A stretch of DNA of 62,795 nt, the filler included, from Choristocarpus tenellus KU-1152 (Eukaryota > Protista > Phaeophyceae), in the NCBI GenBank assembly GCA_964200185.2. It is 13 parts of 13 records of this genome, joined end to end, with 100 filler letters (N's around TTAATTAATTAA, not from the genome) between each part and the next. Parts side by side here need not be neighbours in the genome. Positions count along the whole stretch, not along the records: positions 1 to 4,637 come from CAXNAD020013692.1; positions 4,738 to 9,009 come from CAXNAD020015354.1; positions 9,110 to 12,695 come from CAXNAD020019100.1; positions 12,796 to 15,990 come from CAXNAD020021631.1; 9 more parts are not named here. The stretch is one strand, 5' to 3'. The translations under genes were made by a program, and so were the position numbers. The stretch's first letter is position 1. Each line of letters begins with the position of its first letter. Below the pieces are notes generated by a model, which was not told the DNA's origin, did no database searches, and was given only the letters and a program-made list of their open reading frames with translations. Shown one piece after another: positions 1 to 13,206 of the stretch.

Positions 1-663
1 CCATATGGGTGAGGAGGGAGTGAATATGATGCACCGCACAAGCACACAAACCTCGTATTGATTCTGACAGACAAGTACCTTCTCGTGTCAAATGTCTCCA
101 GAAATGCAACACAAGGGATCCACACACGCTCGAGACCTGCTAGACTAAGCCTGCTTCGACTGGGCTCCTAGCCAGCAACAAGCTCCATGAGGACACCAAA
201 AATGCACAGGATATAGTGTGCAGCAAAGAATTAAATCACTCACAAGACTGGATTGAAAAATATATCTGTTACCAATCTTTGTGCTGCAGCCTGCAACGTG
301 CAGGTGGAGGAAGATGCTTGCTTGGGTGCTATGCAGTGAGGGAATTGAATGGTATCCAGTCTAGCACATTATCTACAGCTTAACAAGGGTTCCTTCCTAC
401 CTAGTCTTGAAGCTGCAAGCTCTCCATTTCTCAATGCCCCAGCAAGGAGCAGAAATCTATCGACTGTTGCTGTTCCAGGGCTTCCTGCAGTATGGGGTAG
501 ATCGTGCAACACCAATCAACAATGATTTGTGGAAGGTGGCAAGGATTTCATGCGGTTCCGCCCTTGCTCTCAACTTCCTGTGTGTGCTACGGTTAGGTTC
601 AACCACACACACATCAATATATTGATAATCACAAGCCCCTTCTCCGACATCTATCAGGCAGCA

Positions 664-2620
664 CTAGAAGCTTGTAAGCTCACCGGTCCCATCCTCTGAA
701 AGCACTCTAAGAGTGACCCCGATCTCGTTCCAATGAGAGACTCCGTTTCCAGTGGTGTCATCGTAACGGAAGAGAGATGTTTCGGTGATGGCTGTGCCTC
801 CACTGGACATGGCCTGCACAGGGGATGTTTTGTTATCAGTACCAGAGAGTTCACAGCATGGGTGTAAGTGCCTGGAGAAGCAATTCAGCTGAGGTTGGGT
901 CATTTGGTGTAAGGACAACGACCGTATTTTCAACATCTCGCCAGTGCTGACTTTGGGGGGGGGATATGGCCTAGGGCTGAGGTTCTGAGGGTCTGAGGGT
1001 CTGAGGACGAAACAAATGAAACAATCTCAAACAGCAGGAAGCATATGGACAGAAATGGTGGATGCTGAGGGGTGGGGAGCGTAGAAGGCAGGAGGAAGCC
1101 CCAGACGTTTCTTTATGGTAGATACGTTTCTATTACGTTCTCTTATGCACACATCTTGACACTGTTTGCACCATAATGATGACAATCCCCCCTAACCCTC
1201 ACCTCCACCATCATCACTAGTGCAATCAGTCACAAACAGCAGCCTCACCTCCCACAGTGCCCTTAGTGCAACCACCTCCCCCTCGGAGAAGAAGGATGGT
1301 GTGCACATCAGTGGCATGCGATTGTCCTGACCACGAGCCCAGAGGCATGTGAGGGAAGCTCCACCCGCTCGTCTCAAGTTCGCCCATTCCCAAATGTTGG
1401 TGGGCATGTAAGGACAGGCATCACGCACCGCCTCCAGGGTACTGCACTCCAGGGAAAATATCATAGTGCAAATGGAGGAAGAGAAGGCGAAGGGTGGGGG
1501 GAGGATTGCCCACAAGTTAGAGAGCGTGACAGCTTGCAACATGCAACAGAAACACGGTGCATTGCTGTTGAGGGCGGAGAGGTGGAAAAGGAGTGGAGAA
1601 GGGCTGGGCGTGATCCATTTGTTTTTTGAGGACTGAAGGGAAAGCATTTCTGTACGCACCACCCCTTCCGACTGAGGCAAAGGCACATAAATCTTCAGCT
1701 GAGTGGTAAAAAGAGTACCCCAATAACAATGAAGATCGATCTCCACCCCTCCCTCCACCACTGGTCCACAAACTCAACCCCATAGAAGCATACTCCCAAC
1801 CAAACACGAAAAATGCTCTGCATGAAAAAAAGTCGCCATACAGAGACAAAGAAATAGTCATGTGCGAAAATGTATACTCTGAAGTTAATTGAAAAGCATA
1901 TCACAATAAGAAGATGGCAACAAATACTAGGCCAGACAAGAATAGAGCTCAAGCGTTTGTGAATTCATTGCCCTTTCTTATGCAGTGACACTACAACACT
2001 GGTATAATGAACATCACAACAGCCATTCTTGCAGCTAGTGGTGGGTGTGGTGAAGTATGACTTGCTCACTCATCAGCTATATCCTAGAGGGCCCTACAGG
2101 GGCAAGAGACCACGGGTGACAGACGTTCAAACCACTTCAAAACAATACCACCTACCCTATCAACCCGTATGTTGCTCTTCCTTTGGCTGTATGGTGATAA
2201 TTGAGTAGTCTTATTGAAAACTGTACTTGACTCCAACCTGCACTTCGCGTACACAATCCCTCACCATCCTCACCCTCCCCCTCTTCGATCCAAACACTGG
2301 TCATCCCATACAAGAACACACATGACCGTGCATATGGGCCTGTGCACCTGTTCTTCACAGCAGGCTGTGGAGATACGTCGTAGGTGACGGCACTGATGCT
2401 GCCGCATGCTTTCACCGTAAGGACTGCTCCCAAGTTCTGGCAGCCCTGGTACCCTGGAGCGGAAAATAGTGTTGTAACCAGACCAAGGCGGAGCTTCTCT
2501 CCCCCCTGGGCCCTGGTCATGGTGCCACTCCCAATCCCTCGGTTGAACTCCAAGACAGCGCTGCTGTTGTCGCTGTTGGCAAAGTGCCGACAGAAGCCCT
2601 CCTCCTTCGTTTTTATGAAA
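664..2620 (-). CDS. Possible multi-exon hypothetical protein (candidate exons about 2350-2620, 1249-1530 and 664-950)
   Basis: Three protein-like open stretches on the minus strand. Two end at plausible GT donors (AACAG|GTGCAC near 2349; TGGGAG|GTGAGG near 1248). No recognisable domain; exon joins not verified. Confidence 0.3.
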
Positions 2621-2905
2621 GTGCAAGTTGTTAAAACATAGGCTACTCGTTTGATTTGTTTTGATACGATACATTATCGTCAGTCCATACTGAATGTTGA
2701 TTTGTTCATTGTGATGGTCGCTATTTTCAGTTACCTCAGTAGCTCCTCATCACAACATCATCAATCACCTTCAGAACACCACAGTACATAAGAAGCATAA
2801 GAATAGTCGCTTCCCTATCACACATACAGGCATACCATGTGTCGCATTAGTTCCCTCAGCTATTGAATCAAGTTTGTCTCCTTGTTTCTTCTGTGTTTTG
2901 CCTCC

Positions 2906-3084
2906 GACCCAAAGTATCTGGGGGGGGGGGGGTCTACACCGGGTTGTCCATTTGGACCAAAATCAGGAAAAGTGCATTTACACTATCGATCCGAGGTATG
3001 CAACCAAATCACCCAAAAATCGCAACATGAAAAAATTGACTCCAAATGGACAGCCGCCACCCCCACCCCCAGATGCTTTGAGTC
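2906..3084. mobile_element. MITE family A, complete copy
   Basis: TIRs GACCCAAAGTATCTGGGG / CCCCAGATGCTTTGAGTC, subterminal TGTCCATTTGG / CCAAATGGACA, 3-bp TSD TCC. Confidence 0.9.
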
Positions 3085-3330
3085 TCCCTTCTTCTTCTTC
3101 ACACAAGAAGTTGTCAGTTGCATATAATATGTGTTGATTAGTATTTTTCTTGACTGGCACTGCCCTCTCATAATTCATCATGCTCACTCTGCAATGCGTG
3201 TACCAGGCACACGCCGGGATGAAATATCACCAGAGGTAAAAACATAATTTGAAACCCTTCTCATCTAAGGTGACAAGAGTGCCTCTTCACAGAGCATGCA
3301 TTTCTTCATTTGAGCGTCTCAATGAATTAT

Positions 3331-3615
3331 CACACATTTCGCATCAACCATAGTCTGATGGAGTAAAACATGCCGTCAGACATACCAGAGCACATTGCAC
3401 ATTAACCATTGTCTGATTGAACAAAACATGCCATCAGATGCACCAGAATGAATTCACAGGTGCGTTGTTGCACTATGACACACACACGTTTCTCTAAACG
3501 TGCTAACCACAAGAACAACCAAACACACTTTCACATCAACCATTGCCTGATTGAGTAAAAGGTGTCATCAGTCCTACCAGAACAAATTCAATGGTGCTTT
3601 GTTGCAATATGATAC
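3331..3615. repeat. Three diverged ~55-bp direct repeats, each with an internal hairpin
   Basis: AACCATAGTCTGATGG...CCGTCAGACATACCAGA and two variants at about 3342, 3400 and 3533. Confidence 0.7.
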
Positions 3616-4153
3616 CCTTCGTCACAGAGTAGACAGAGCACAACAATGCACAACACATACGAACTCAGGTTTCAACAGGTTATGAGCATCACACGATTCC
3701 CCTTCGCAAAACGTGAAGTTGTGATATGGAGGGTACATTAAAGTGAAGTCATGGGTAGTGACTGGATCTGTGCAAGGAAATTTGGACGGGAAATGCAGGA
3801 TAGGGGTCAACCGGTGTGTGCTCCAAATATTCCAAAAATGGACAACTTCACTGAATATTTCAAGGTCAATTCTGGCACAGAAAACCCCCACGGGAAAGAA
3901 CCACGCCAATGACAGCAATATGTACGCAACATTTACAGGAACGTATCTTCCTTTCTTGCTTGGACCAAACCCTACACCAGAAACCCTGTATCACAGTAAA
4001 TATGGATATGAATGAGCATAAATATTGATCAATTGTCATTGCTCTAACTTCCAGAAAGGAAAAGGTACCCTATTGTTGGACTGCAAAACATGGCTTATGT
4101 ATGTCCAACTTGCATAACCATAATGTGAAGTGCATGGCAGGCATCCTTGCTCA

Positions 4154-4341
4154 GGCTCAAAGTATCTGGGCGGAGGGTGGCGGCTGTCCATTCGGGGTCC
4201 ATTTTTCCATGTTGCAATTTTTGAGTGATTTGCTTGCATGCATTGGATGGATAATAAAAGTGCACTTTTCCTGGTCACAACCCGAACGGACACCCTGGCG
4301 TAGAACCCCACTCCCCGCCCCCCCCAAAGATACTTCGAGCC
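4154..4341. mobile_element. MITE family A, complete copy in reverse orientation
   Basis: GGCTCAAAGTATCTGGG...AGATACTTCGAGCC; flanks TCA/CCA (3-bp TSD with one mismatch). Confidence 0.88.
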
Positions 4342-4637
4342 CCATGTTGTATTGGTTGCTCTACAGGAGCAGTCCAAACACAAAACATTTCATCAACATC
4401 TGTATTGTTGGATAGGATTGCATTCCCATATCTGGACCATTGACCCAACCAATTCCCAAGAAAGTTCACAACAAGCACCAAGTACATTGAATTGCGTTTT
4501 ACCTGAACTGAGTGTGCCCGGACTACACCCCAAAGCCTGTTGACCTTAAGGAAGGACCGAGTTGCATCAGCACCGTATACATAAGAGCACCTTCTTGCCA
4601 GGTTTGGCTGACAGTCCTCAAATTTAGCCACAGTCTT

Positions 4638-4737
4638 NNNNNNNNNNNNNNNNNNNNNNNNNNNNNNNNNNNNNNNNNNNNTTAATTAATTAANNNNNNN
4701 NNNNNNNNNNNNNNNNNNNNNNNNNNNNNNNNNNNNN
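4638..4737. other. Artificial contig spacer (44 N + TTAATTAATTAA + 44 N); also starts at 9010, 12696, 15991, 19941, 25856, 28720, 31562, 34569, 43587, 54498 and 57742
   Basis: The same 100-nt pattern occurs twelve times; the 12-mer gives stop codons in all six frames. Confidence 0.98.
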
Positions 4738-5413
4738 ATCATCACATCCTTGGAATTTCTGTTCTTGAGTTTCCTCTTTTTTTTTTGCCCTTCCCTGGCC
4801 CCTCTGCATTATTTTTATTTGGACTGCTGCTTCCCCCCACTGCGCCATTGTTGTGCTTTATTTTCTTATGATAACCACCGCGCCTTCCAATGTCACGACA
4901 AAACCTCCTATCCGCAGGAACCTGTCCATCATCACCGGTCTAGTCCCCCTCAACCCCAAATGACACCCCTGACCCCCCAACCTCTAAACGCTACTGTGGC
5001 ATCTCCCATAACATGGCCTGTTGTTTGTTTCCTCACTTCCCTCCCAATAAGTTTCCACCACCCTTTTTATCCCTCTCCCAAGCCATCGACTGAGTTTTAG
5101 GTAAGGAGCATGTTGCCGGGTGATGTGATACGATAAATTTTACATGCTTACAGTCATACATACATACATACATACATACATACATACGTAAATATATTAT
5201 CTAGTCAACACCATGCGTTTGTTCCCCTTGTAACATAACATCCCCTAACCCTAAAACTAGACCACACTAGTCTCTTCTTTTTTTTTCTTGAGACTACACA
5301 CCAGTAACCTTATATATATCTCTCTCCTTCCCTCCCCCCCCCCCCCCCTCTCTCTGTCGGCCTGTCCCTTGCATGGTGGTATTGCTTTGGTTACTCAAAC
5401 CCTTTGGGCGCAG

Positions 5414-5763
5414 TCTGCGGTGGTGTCTGCCTCGCTGAGCATGGATGGCCTTAAGCTTGCAGTTGGCACAGTGGCGGGTTCAGTTGGAGTTTTGGATGTC
5501 ATGACACACAATTATACCACAGCCTTGCGGTCGCATAGGGGGGGGGTGACTGCAGTGGCCCTGGACCCCTGCCAGGAGCGGCAGGAGTTTACTACTGTGG
5601 GGGAAGACCATACCATAAGGTTAGAGCTATTCGTATCTAGGGATAGGATTCTGAGTGTTGATTGTGGTAGGTCAGGAGTTGGGCGCAAGGTCCCAAAATG
5701 GAGGATTAGGGTTAGGAGGAGTGTTGTTGTTTTTTTGAGTCACCATTGTAAGCCATTCCAGCA

Positions 5764-5806
<43 letters not shown>

Positions 5807-5959
5807 GTCTGGAGCACACTTGGATGATTTTTTTTTATTGTGTTCAAGGCTTGAAGAGTACCTCGAGAGCTCCAGGGCTGCTCTGTGGTTATGTTTCTTG
5901 CGCTAGGGAGGCGTGATGATGATGGGCTGGTCTCCCCCCCTTAGGTTGTTTCGGTCATC

Positions 5960-5994
<35 letters not shown>

Positions 5995-8683
5995 GTTTTT
6001 ATTAGCTTCCTGTAGCCCCGAGGAACATGCAATGGAACAAATATGGGATGTATGAAGGGGAGGAAGAGGTGCTGTGTGCTGACAAGGTGAAACATCATAG
6101 AAGTATCATAGAAGTATCATAGAAGTATCTTCGAGCACTGCACATTCTGAGCCTCCATCAACAATTGTTGCCAATTTTGGGTTCATCTTTTCCTCCCCGA
6201 GAATTGACTCTGCTGCTGTGGATAATAGGGAAGGAAGGAAGGGGGGGGCAAGAGGGGTGTTTGTGTATGTCCAAAGATTGGGCCTTGTGATTCATTCCCT
6301 TTTCTTAATGGGTTGAAGAATGAAATGGCCAAAGTTAAAGTTTGCTTTTGGGGTTGGTTGTATGAGAAGTTTGGAGCAGACTTCATTACTGGCTGAGGAG
6401 AAGTAGTAGGGTAAAGTGGGAAATCGATGTATCAGTTCGGGGGTAGGTGGGCAACAAGTTTTAGGCCAGGGGATGAGGGAGGGCTTTATAAAGTATGGCA
6501 GGCGATTGATAGCTTTGGGATGAGGTTATTGTGGTATAGCAGTTATTGCCATTGCTCTCATAGGTGCATCCCGCTATCAACCATTTGCATCATTTGAAAT
6601 CATCAAAGAGAGCAAGGTAAGGTAGGAGTGGGCAGCATGTAGTTGTTCCTGTTGACTCAATTCCTGTGCTGTTTCAAGAACAACTTAGGAATTTTTTTTT
6701 CTGCTGTTCCTCTTGGGGGCGCTGTTGTCCCCACGGCTCCCTTTGATACTTATCGTCAGTTACAGAGCACAAGAAGATAGCAAGCAGGTTTAGGGTTATA
6801 GGGAAACTTGGTGGTATATTTCTATGTTTTGTATGCTGCATAGTGAACATGATCGATTTTTTAAATTCCATCCTGTCTTCTTTTTTTTGCTTGGTTGCAT
6901 AAAAAAAATGAAAATATCGTTTTGCATCTGGTGGTGGGTCCCCCCTACACAAATGCTTAAAAAACTTAACTTCCATAACTTCTTAACCCTCTCTTCTGCA
7001 CACCCCACCCTACCTTTGATCAACTCCCTTTAACCTCATTCCACTTCTCCTTACTTTAACACTCGCACCAGCATCCCAGTCATGCCCTCCCCCGGCCCCG
7101 CTTTTCCCCACTCTCTCAACCTGCATCGCCTTCCATGTACTTCTGGTGCTGTGACAGGGTGTGGGACCTTGTCACAGGGGCACAACGATATCAATTTTCA
7201 TCTCCGGACGATCGACCCACTTGTGTTGCCTATCCAAGGAAGCAGGTAACAGCATCGATGGAGAGTCAGGCCAAGGTAAATACAAATAGCAATGAGGAAG
7301 AATGTGTTGATCAACAGTGCATGCCCTGTGTGACTGCTGCTGCCCTGAATGACCGCCCTGCCCCCCCATCCGTTGTGTTGAAATGGTGTTGAAATATGTT
7401 TGGGCCAAGTTTGTTTTGGAGCTTAGGTTCCAATTATGTTAATAGGGTACTGTTGTGGTAGTTTTACATGAGAGCAACATGCTTGTCATCCTGAGAGAGG
7501 TCAAGACATGGAAACATGAGGGTATACACCATTTGTGACTTGTGCAATAGGTGTTACCACAGGTCAAGAGTGTATCCCTTGTAGATTCAACTGCTGTCAC
7601 AGCAACGGTTCACCATGTTTGGACCGCCACTACTGTCTGTTCTCACCAAGAACTTTAGATCAAAGCACAGCCTGCGAATGACTTCTACCAGCACCACGTT
7701 ACCCTGGACCGGTCCATATCCTGCTCTATTACCCTGGACCGGTCCACATCCTGCTCTATTACCCTGGACCGGTCCACATCCTGCTCTATTACCCTGGACC
7801 TGTCCATATCCTGCTCTATTACCCTGGACCTGTCCATATCCTGCTCTATTACCCTGGACCGGTCCACATCCTGCTCTATTACCCTGGACCGGTCCACATC
7901 CTGCTCTATTGCCCTGGACCGGTCCATATCCTGCTCTATTACCCTGGACCGATCCACATCCTGCTCGACAAGAGTATTAGTCCACCGTGTCCCACCCCCT
8001 GAACCTTGTACCAGCAGACGATCAAGAAGAACCGGGTATTGAGCGTTCATTCTCAAGACTCAAGTCACATAGAAGTACTCTTTGGGTGTGGCCCAAAGTA
8101 TCTGGGCGGGGGAGGTTGGTCTATACACCAGAGCGTTCGTTGAACCAAAACCAGGAAAAAGTGCACTTCCTTGTCCATCCAACGTATGGAACCAAATCAC
8201 CCAAAAATCGCGACATGAGAGAAAATTGACCCCAAATGGACAGCCGACACCCCCCCCCATTGATACTTTGACCCTGTCGTGGACTTGGAATAGTAAGTAG
8301 TACCTGATCCTTTCTGGTTCTCGACCCCCGTCGATCCTATCCTACTGCTTCTCTTTGTACCATGACCAAAGGTCCAAGAACGGTCCGAGACAGGTCCCCT
8401 TAAGGTCCAGGCGAAGAGTGAAGGGCAGGAGGCACCGCAGCAGGTACCAGTGTCTGGCGAGCAAGGAGCAGAGGGCGTAGTAGGGCCAGCAGCGGCGTCA
8501 GCAGGGACGCATCGTACCTTTGATGCATCAGACGCTTTGGCGGGGATGGCGGAGGGGGCGGTTGGATCAGAGAGTGATCGGCATCTGTCAGGAGGCTATG
8601 GAAGTGGGACAGTACGAGTGTTTGACATCCCGTCAACATGCACGCTGTTTGAATGTCGGCACCACCGGGGGGAGGTGCAGCAG
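5414..8683 (+). CDS. WDR90: WD repeat-containing protein 90 (POC16)-like, internal exons only
   Basis: Phase-compatible GT-AG exons 5414-5619, 7158-7245 (alternative donor near 7276) and 8411-8683 encode LAVGTVAGSVGVLDVMTHNYTTALRSHRGGVTAVALD...FTTVGEDHTIR/VWDLVTGAQRYQFSSPDDRPTCVAY...GYGSGTVRVFDI...ECRHHRGEV. This matches the WDR90 WD40 region as I recall it (RSHxxxV...QLYxFxSxxDxPxxV...GFxSGxVRxF...HRGxV). Confidence 0.8.
5766..5804. repeat. (TG)n microsatellite; nearby (TACA)n at about 5155-5187, (TTA)n at about 5961-5993 and 3x CATAGAAGTAT at about 6096-6129
   Basis: Read directly from the sequence. Confidence 0.95.
7699..7966. repeat. Minisatellite, about 9 x 30 bp (TTACCCTGGACCGGTCCAYATCCTGCTCTA), inside a WDR90 intron
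   Basis: Head-to-tail near-identical units with no spacers. Confidence 0.97.
8090..8274. mobile_element. MITE family A, complete copy
   Basis: GGCCCAAAGTATCTGGG...GATACTTTGACCC, TSD TGT. Confidence 0.9.
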
Positions 8684-8937
8684 GTACTGTTTGATTGTGG
8701 ATTGTGTTGGAGTGGTGCTGGCGGGTGAAGTGCTTTTTAGGATGTTTCAACTTTTTAGGATGTTACATCACCGTCTGGAGCAGGTGATGTGGTTTTGAAA
8801 TCGGATGGGTTCAGATTTAGTTAGGGTTGTGGATCCGGTGTGAATCGATGGTGGTGTGTGTCCCCCGTTGATGTGGGTTGTATTTTGGTGTCCTTTTTTT
8901 TTTTTTTGTTGTTGGTGTAGTGAAGTGTGCATGGCAT

Positions 8938-8981
<44 letters not shown>

Positions 8982-9949
8982 TTCCTGCCGCTAGCCAGTT
9001 TTGTAGGGCNNNNNNNNNNNNNNNNNNNNNNNNNNNNNNNNNNNNNNNNNNNNTTAATTAATTAANNNNNNNNNNNNNNNNNNNNNNNNNNNNNNNNNNN
9101 NNNNNNNNNCCAGAGTTGGGTTTTGTACCAATTTTAAAAGGTTCACTACAGAGAAAAACAGATAACACCAACCCCCCCCCCCCCCCCCCCGAAGCTATTA
9201 GAGTGCAACCATTTCGGTGATCTTGCACTCTACGCCACTGCATATATAGGGACATACAATAGAGGCAACCTCAGGCATGTGTTGTTGGTGTTGCTGGGGG
9301 AGAGGGGGGAATAGTTGTCCTTTCCATTTGCATATTCAGAAATACTCAACACTTATTATCTGTTGAAAAGTTACACAAGGGACATAAGGTGTACGTATGC
9401 GTGCGTCTAGGATATTTTCCTCTAGCTGCTGTGGACGTTTGGCGTAATGGACTTTCAATGCTCGTTCACACCACACTAAACTGAATGATGTGACTCACAG
9501 CCTCTATTTGCAGTCATTGTACAGCATTGGTGAAATAGTTGAATATGGGGTTCTAAAAGGTTCAAAAAGACTGGGGAGGAGTCCCTACACTGGCACCTTG
9601 GATCTCTTCACTTACCTTCCCTCTCCAGGAATCTTGAGGAGGTTAGAAGCTACGCGCCCGAACGGGCCGCGCAAGCCACTTCCAGGGGTCACTCCCTCCC
9701 TTCCCCTGTGAGGTGCACCTGGACTTCCAATTGCCCCTCCAGTTGAGGGAGAAAACGCTGCCCCCTCACACAGGGCTGAAGGCAGGAGAGAGAGGGAAGA
9801 AGAGCAAACAATACTCAGGAGGGTGAATCGAATGGCAAACGGGTACGTACTGATATATGGATGCTATATATCGAGAGGTTGCTTCATGGACTGGGTTTGG
9901 GGAAGAACAGGGGTGGGAATGGGGATGGTGTTCATGGATTTTTGTGTAA

Positions 9950-10500
9950 GAATGAGACTGGGCGAACGTCTGCTGAGGGGCTATGGCACGTTAGCGAGTT
10001 GGGTTGATGAACGAATGTATATCGATCCCGCCAGAGAATGCTACAAGATCCAGAGTGCAACACATAACTGGATCTTGAAGAGGGTGCATGCAAATTGGCT
10101 GGCGCAACGGTAAATTTCAAAGAATACAACACAAACGTGCCCAGGCATGAAAGTTTTTCGATGGGAGGAGGAAGTGGGTACTTCTCGCAGAAGCGGATAT
10201 ATGAGAAAAGGTAAAAGGCTCTGCGTGGCGTTGTCATTGTCATGAAGTTGAAGCAAAGATTTTGAGGAAGATTATTTGCACCCTCTCTTCGAGAGACAAA
10301 CAGTACGAGAGAGAACGCTTGGGATATGGCTGGGGTACACTGCCTGTTGTCAAAAGGTGGGGTAGGGTGGCAAGGCATCATCCCTGTAACTCCATGTGAT
10401 TGGACATTGAAGCATGTCGAGGCGTTTAAACTTTTGAAGCCCTTGATCAGCTAATACTATATGTTGAGAAGGAACCAGCCAGAGAAGCAAGCTAGAAAAA
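9950..10500 (+). pseudogene. Possible highly decayed Ty3/gypsy pol fragment
   Basis: PCDWTLKHVEAFKLLKPLIS*YYML resembles the RT-RNaseH connection motif (WT..H..AF..LK). Many stops and little other support. Confidence 0.3.
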
Positions 10501-11212
10501 TACCCTTGCACATGGGACGAGAAGTAGGATGCGTACCAAATATGCCTACCTTTCACTCCCATACTGACAAGAACTCCGGCAAGTCGCAATTCTCTATGGA
10601 CAATAGGAAAATGCTTTCCTAGACAATAATTTACTATAATCCGCGTAACCCCAATGCATTTGTCGAAGACGAGAAAGCTAATGGACCGTCTCACCCGCAA
10701 GGAGGTGCAGACCCAACACAAGAGATGCCATGTACGTCATATCAGGCATACTCCGCCAGACTTGACGGCCTTGTCCACACCGGATACAGAACGATAGACG
10801 CTGTCTACCTAGATCGCTATGGAAAATCCAGTATCTAAATGGGTTACAAGGGCCTAGGAGGCCCTCCTCCGATCTCTAACGCCGTTTGCGATGGTGGCGT
10901 TGTTCAACCCAGTCCTTCCTAAATCACACCTTGCGAGGCGTTGTTGAAATGGTGCATATTCACTGATAAATCGATAACCTCCAATCTTTGTATAGTTGTG
11001 TCTGTCTCATCGTACTCCTCATTTCTCCGTGTATGCGAAGGAGATCCCTGGTTTATCTTCTTCTACTCCTTACACCGTACCTTATATTCATTTTCGGTAC
11101 CTTATTCCTGAGTATACCTTTCTGCTCCGCAGCCTTCTTATCTAGAACCTTCAAGTTTAGTGCGTGTTGGCACTTAAAGTCTTGTAGGCGATTCAAGACT
11201 AACGAGGCAAAG

Positions 11213-11826
11213 ATGTCTTGTAATGATGTGGCGAAGCCCGAGGATATGCCGGTGCTCAAGATAGTTACCCCGGATGAAGTTTCCTCTCTAGAGTTGGACC
11301 CTGTGGACCCAGAGGCGAGAGTCCAGGCAAAGGTGATAGTTTATCCATGCACCTGAGAAAACACGAGTTATAATACCGCATTTAAACACCATCTGAGAAT
11401 ACGATGTTAATTCTCATCAACTGATTGTCAGGGGAAGGATGAGCGAAATTGATTGGTGTGCGGGTGAAGACCTGTTGGTAGCACCTCCAAAGGTTGAGGG
11501 GTTCTCCATATGGTCTTTTTGTGATATCGGTTGCAAGGTGTCATTGTCTAGTCGTGCGTACTGCGCCCCACTAGGTTCGCCTACATGCACAGCGACATTC
11601 TCATCCATTGCCCCTGCTCAATTCCACGCGGTTGATCTGTGTCAACGTGAAAAGGGCATTCTAGACGACGTCAAGGCTGGCGGCAAGGATGCACTTATAC
11701 GGCAGGCGGTTCGACTGGGTGACCTGAAGTCGGAAGACGATGACCTATTGCTTGGAACTGAGGAGATGAAGGAAGCATTTGATGCTCTCCCTGAGGAAGA
11801 CCGGGAAGTCCTACTCCGTACCACAG
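11213..11826 (+). CDS. Possible exon(s) of an unknown protein
   Basis: Protein-like composition (…EKGILDDVKAGGKDALIRQAVRLGDLKSEDDDLLLGTEEMKEAFDALPEEDREVLLRTT) ending at a strong GTGAGT donor. No domain recognised. Confidence 0.3.
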
Positions 11827-13206
11827 TGAGTCTCTCCAAAAATGTGCCCCCTTGTGCCCCTTCTTTTCCCCAAAGAGTGTGAGAACGATGGATGATGATG
11901 TCCAGAGGTTGTGTGGGTTGCTACTATCCCATCCTCATTTCACTGGATATTCTTCTCAAGGATGTGTTAGCATGAAGTTGGCAAAGTCATAGGTTTCCCC
12001 CTAGAAGAGAGTACTCTCTGCTGGTTCAATATGTGTTATATGCATCAAGAGGAGTCACGTGGAGAAGAACGGTTGGTGTTGATGTTACGTAATTTAGGTA
12101 GAGCACAAGTTTTCGACTCTTGTAGGAAATGTAAAACAATCTTCCAATATGACTGAAGGACCAGGCTCTCCGCTCTTTTGAATGTTCTTGTCCATTTGCA
12201 CTGGTCAACAAGAGAAAGTACCAAACGAAATTGTATTGGTATTCATGCTATCATGTATGAACGTGTTCATTTGTTCTTAAGAACATTAAGATACACTGAT
12301 AGATTCTTCTTTTTAACCAAAGCGTCAGCGCTCACTTCTTTGCAAGAGGCAAAAAAGGAGGCCAACCACCCAGGGAAAAACAACCCTTACTCCTGTCAAC
12401 TAAAATTGAGGGGTTGCTCGTGCACCATGCTGGTAGGCATGGACTCCTGACGCAACAGTCGCGGTAGGACGCTTACCATACCTCTGACCAAACCATAACC
12501 CTGTTCATTCACGTGACCGAGAAACAATCAAAAGCCCCCTCAAAAAAAAAATATACCGTGTCAGGAAAGAGTTAAGGCGTTTGCATTGGCGCAGCGGGCT
12601 TCAGTGGGCAACGCCTCTGCCCCCATTCACGGGGGTAGGGCAGGGCACACCATCAGTCCTGTCGCAACGGCTGGTTGCTACGCCCCGGGAGGAAGNNNNN
12701 NNNNNNNNNNNNNNNNNNNNNNNNNNNNNNNNNNNNNNNTTAATTAATTAANNNNNNNNNNNNNNNNNNNNNNNNNNNNNNNNNNNNNNNNNNNNACCTT
12801 CAATAAGTACTCTTCAATCTCGTACTCACTTTCCGATGTAAATTTTTCACTTCAACTATTGTATTTTGCAAGTTGGTTGCATGGTGAAGTATCCAATTAA
12901 TCAAATACGGCAGCCATTCCCTTCTCTGCAGGCTAAAGATAGCAAGGTGTTTGACTTCCCTTGCCAGCTGCTCTAAATCAGTAGCACCGGTCTCACCCCT
13001 TGTCAAAACATCATCCATCCCCAAGTTACTTAATATTTTACTAGTAGATACCATGTGACAAACCGAATTCAGTGTAATTCGTGAGGTTGACTGCACTGTT
13101 GTGACCCAGCTCCAAGTCAACCGCCAAGAACTAACCCCCAATGCAGTCACAGGCCGTATGGGGGATCCTGACCATTCCCCCTGGCAATATCAGCTTTACC
13201 CCCTCC

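Noticed and set aside
300-640. Restriction-like endonuclease end of a non-LTR element (YIDVCVVEP, minus strand)
   Set aside because: Only one weak motif, with no RT evidence nearby.
3500-3580. Hammerhead ribozyme on the minus strand (CTGATGA…GAAA)
   Set aside because: Stem II closing pair and stems I and III do not form properly.
7699-7966. CRISPR array or repeat protein (ORFs 7615-7980 and 7685-8056)
   Set aside because: There are no spacers and no cas genes; the ORFs are by-products of a 30-bp minisatellite in an intron.
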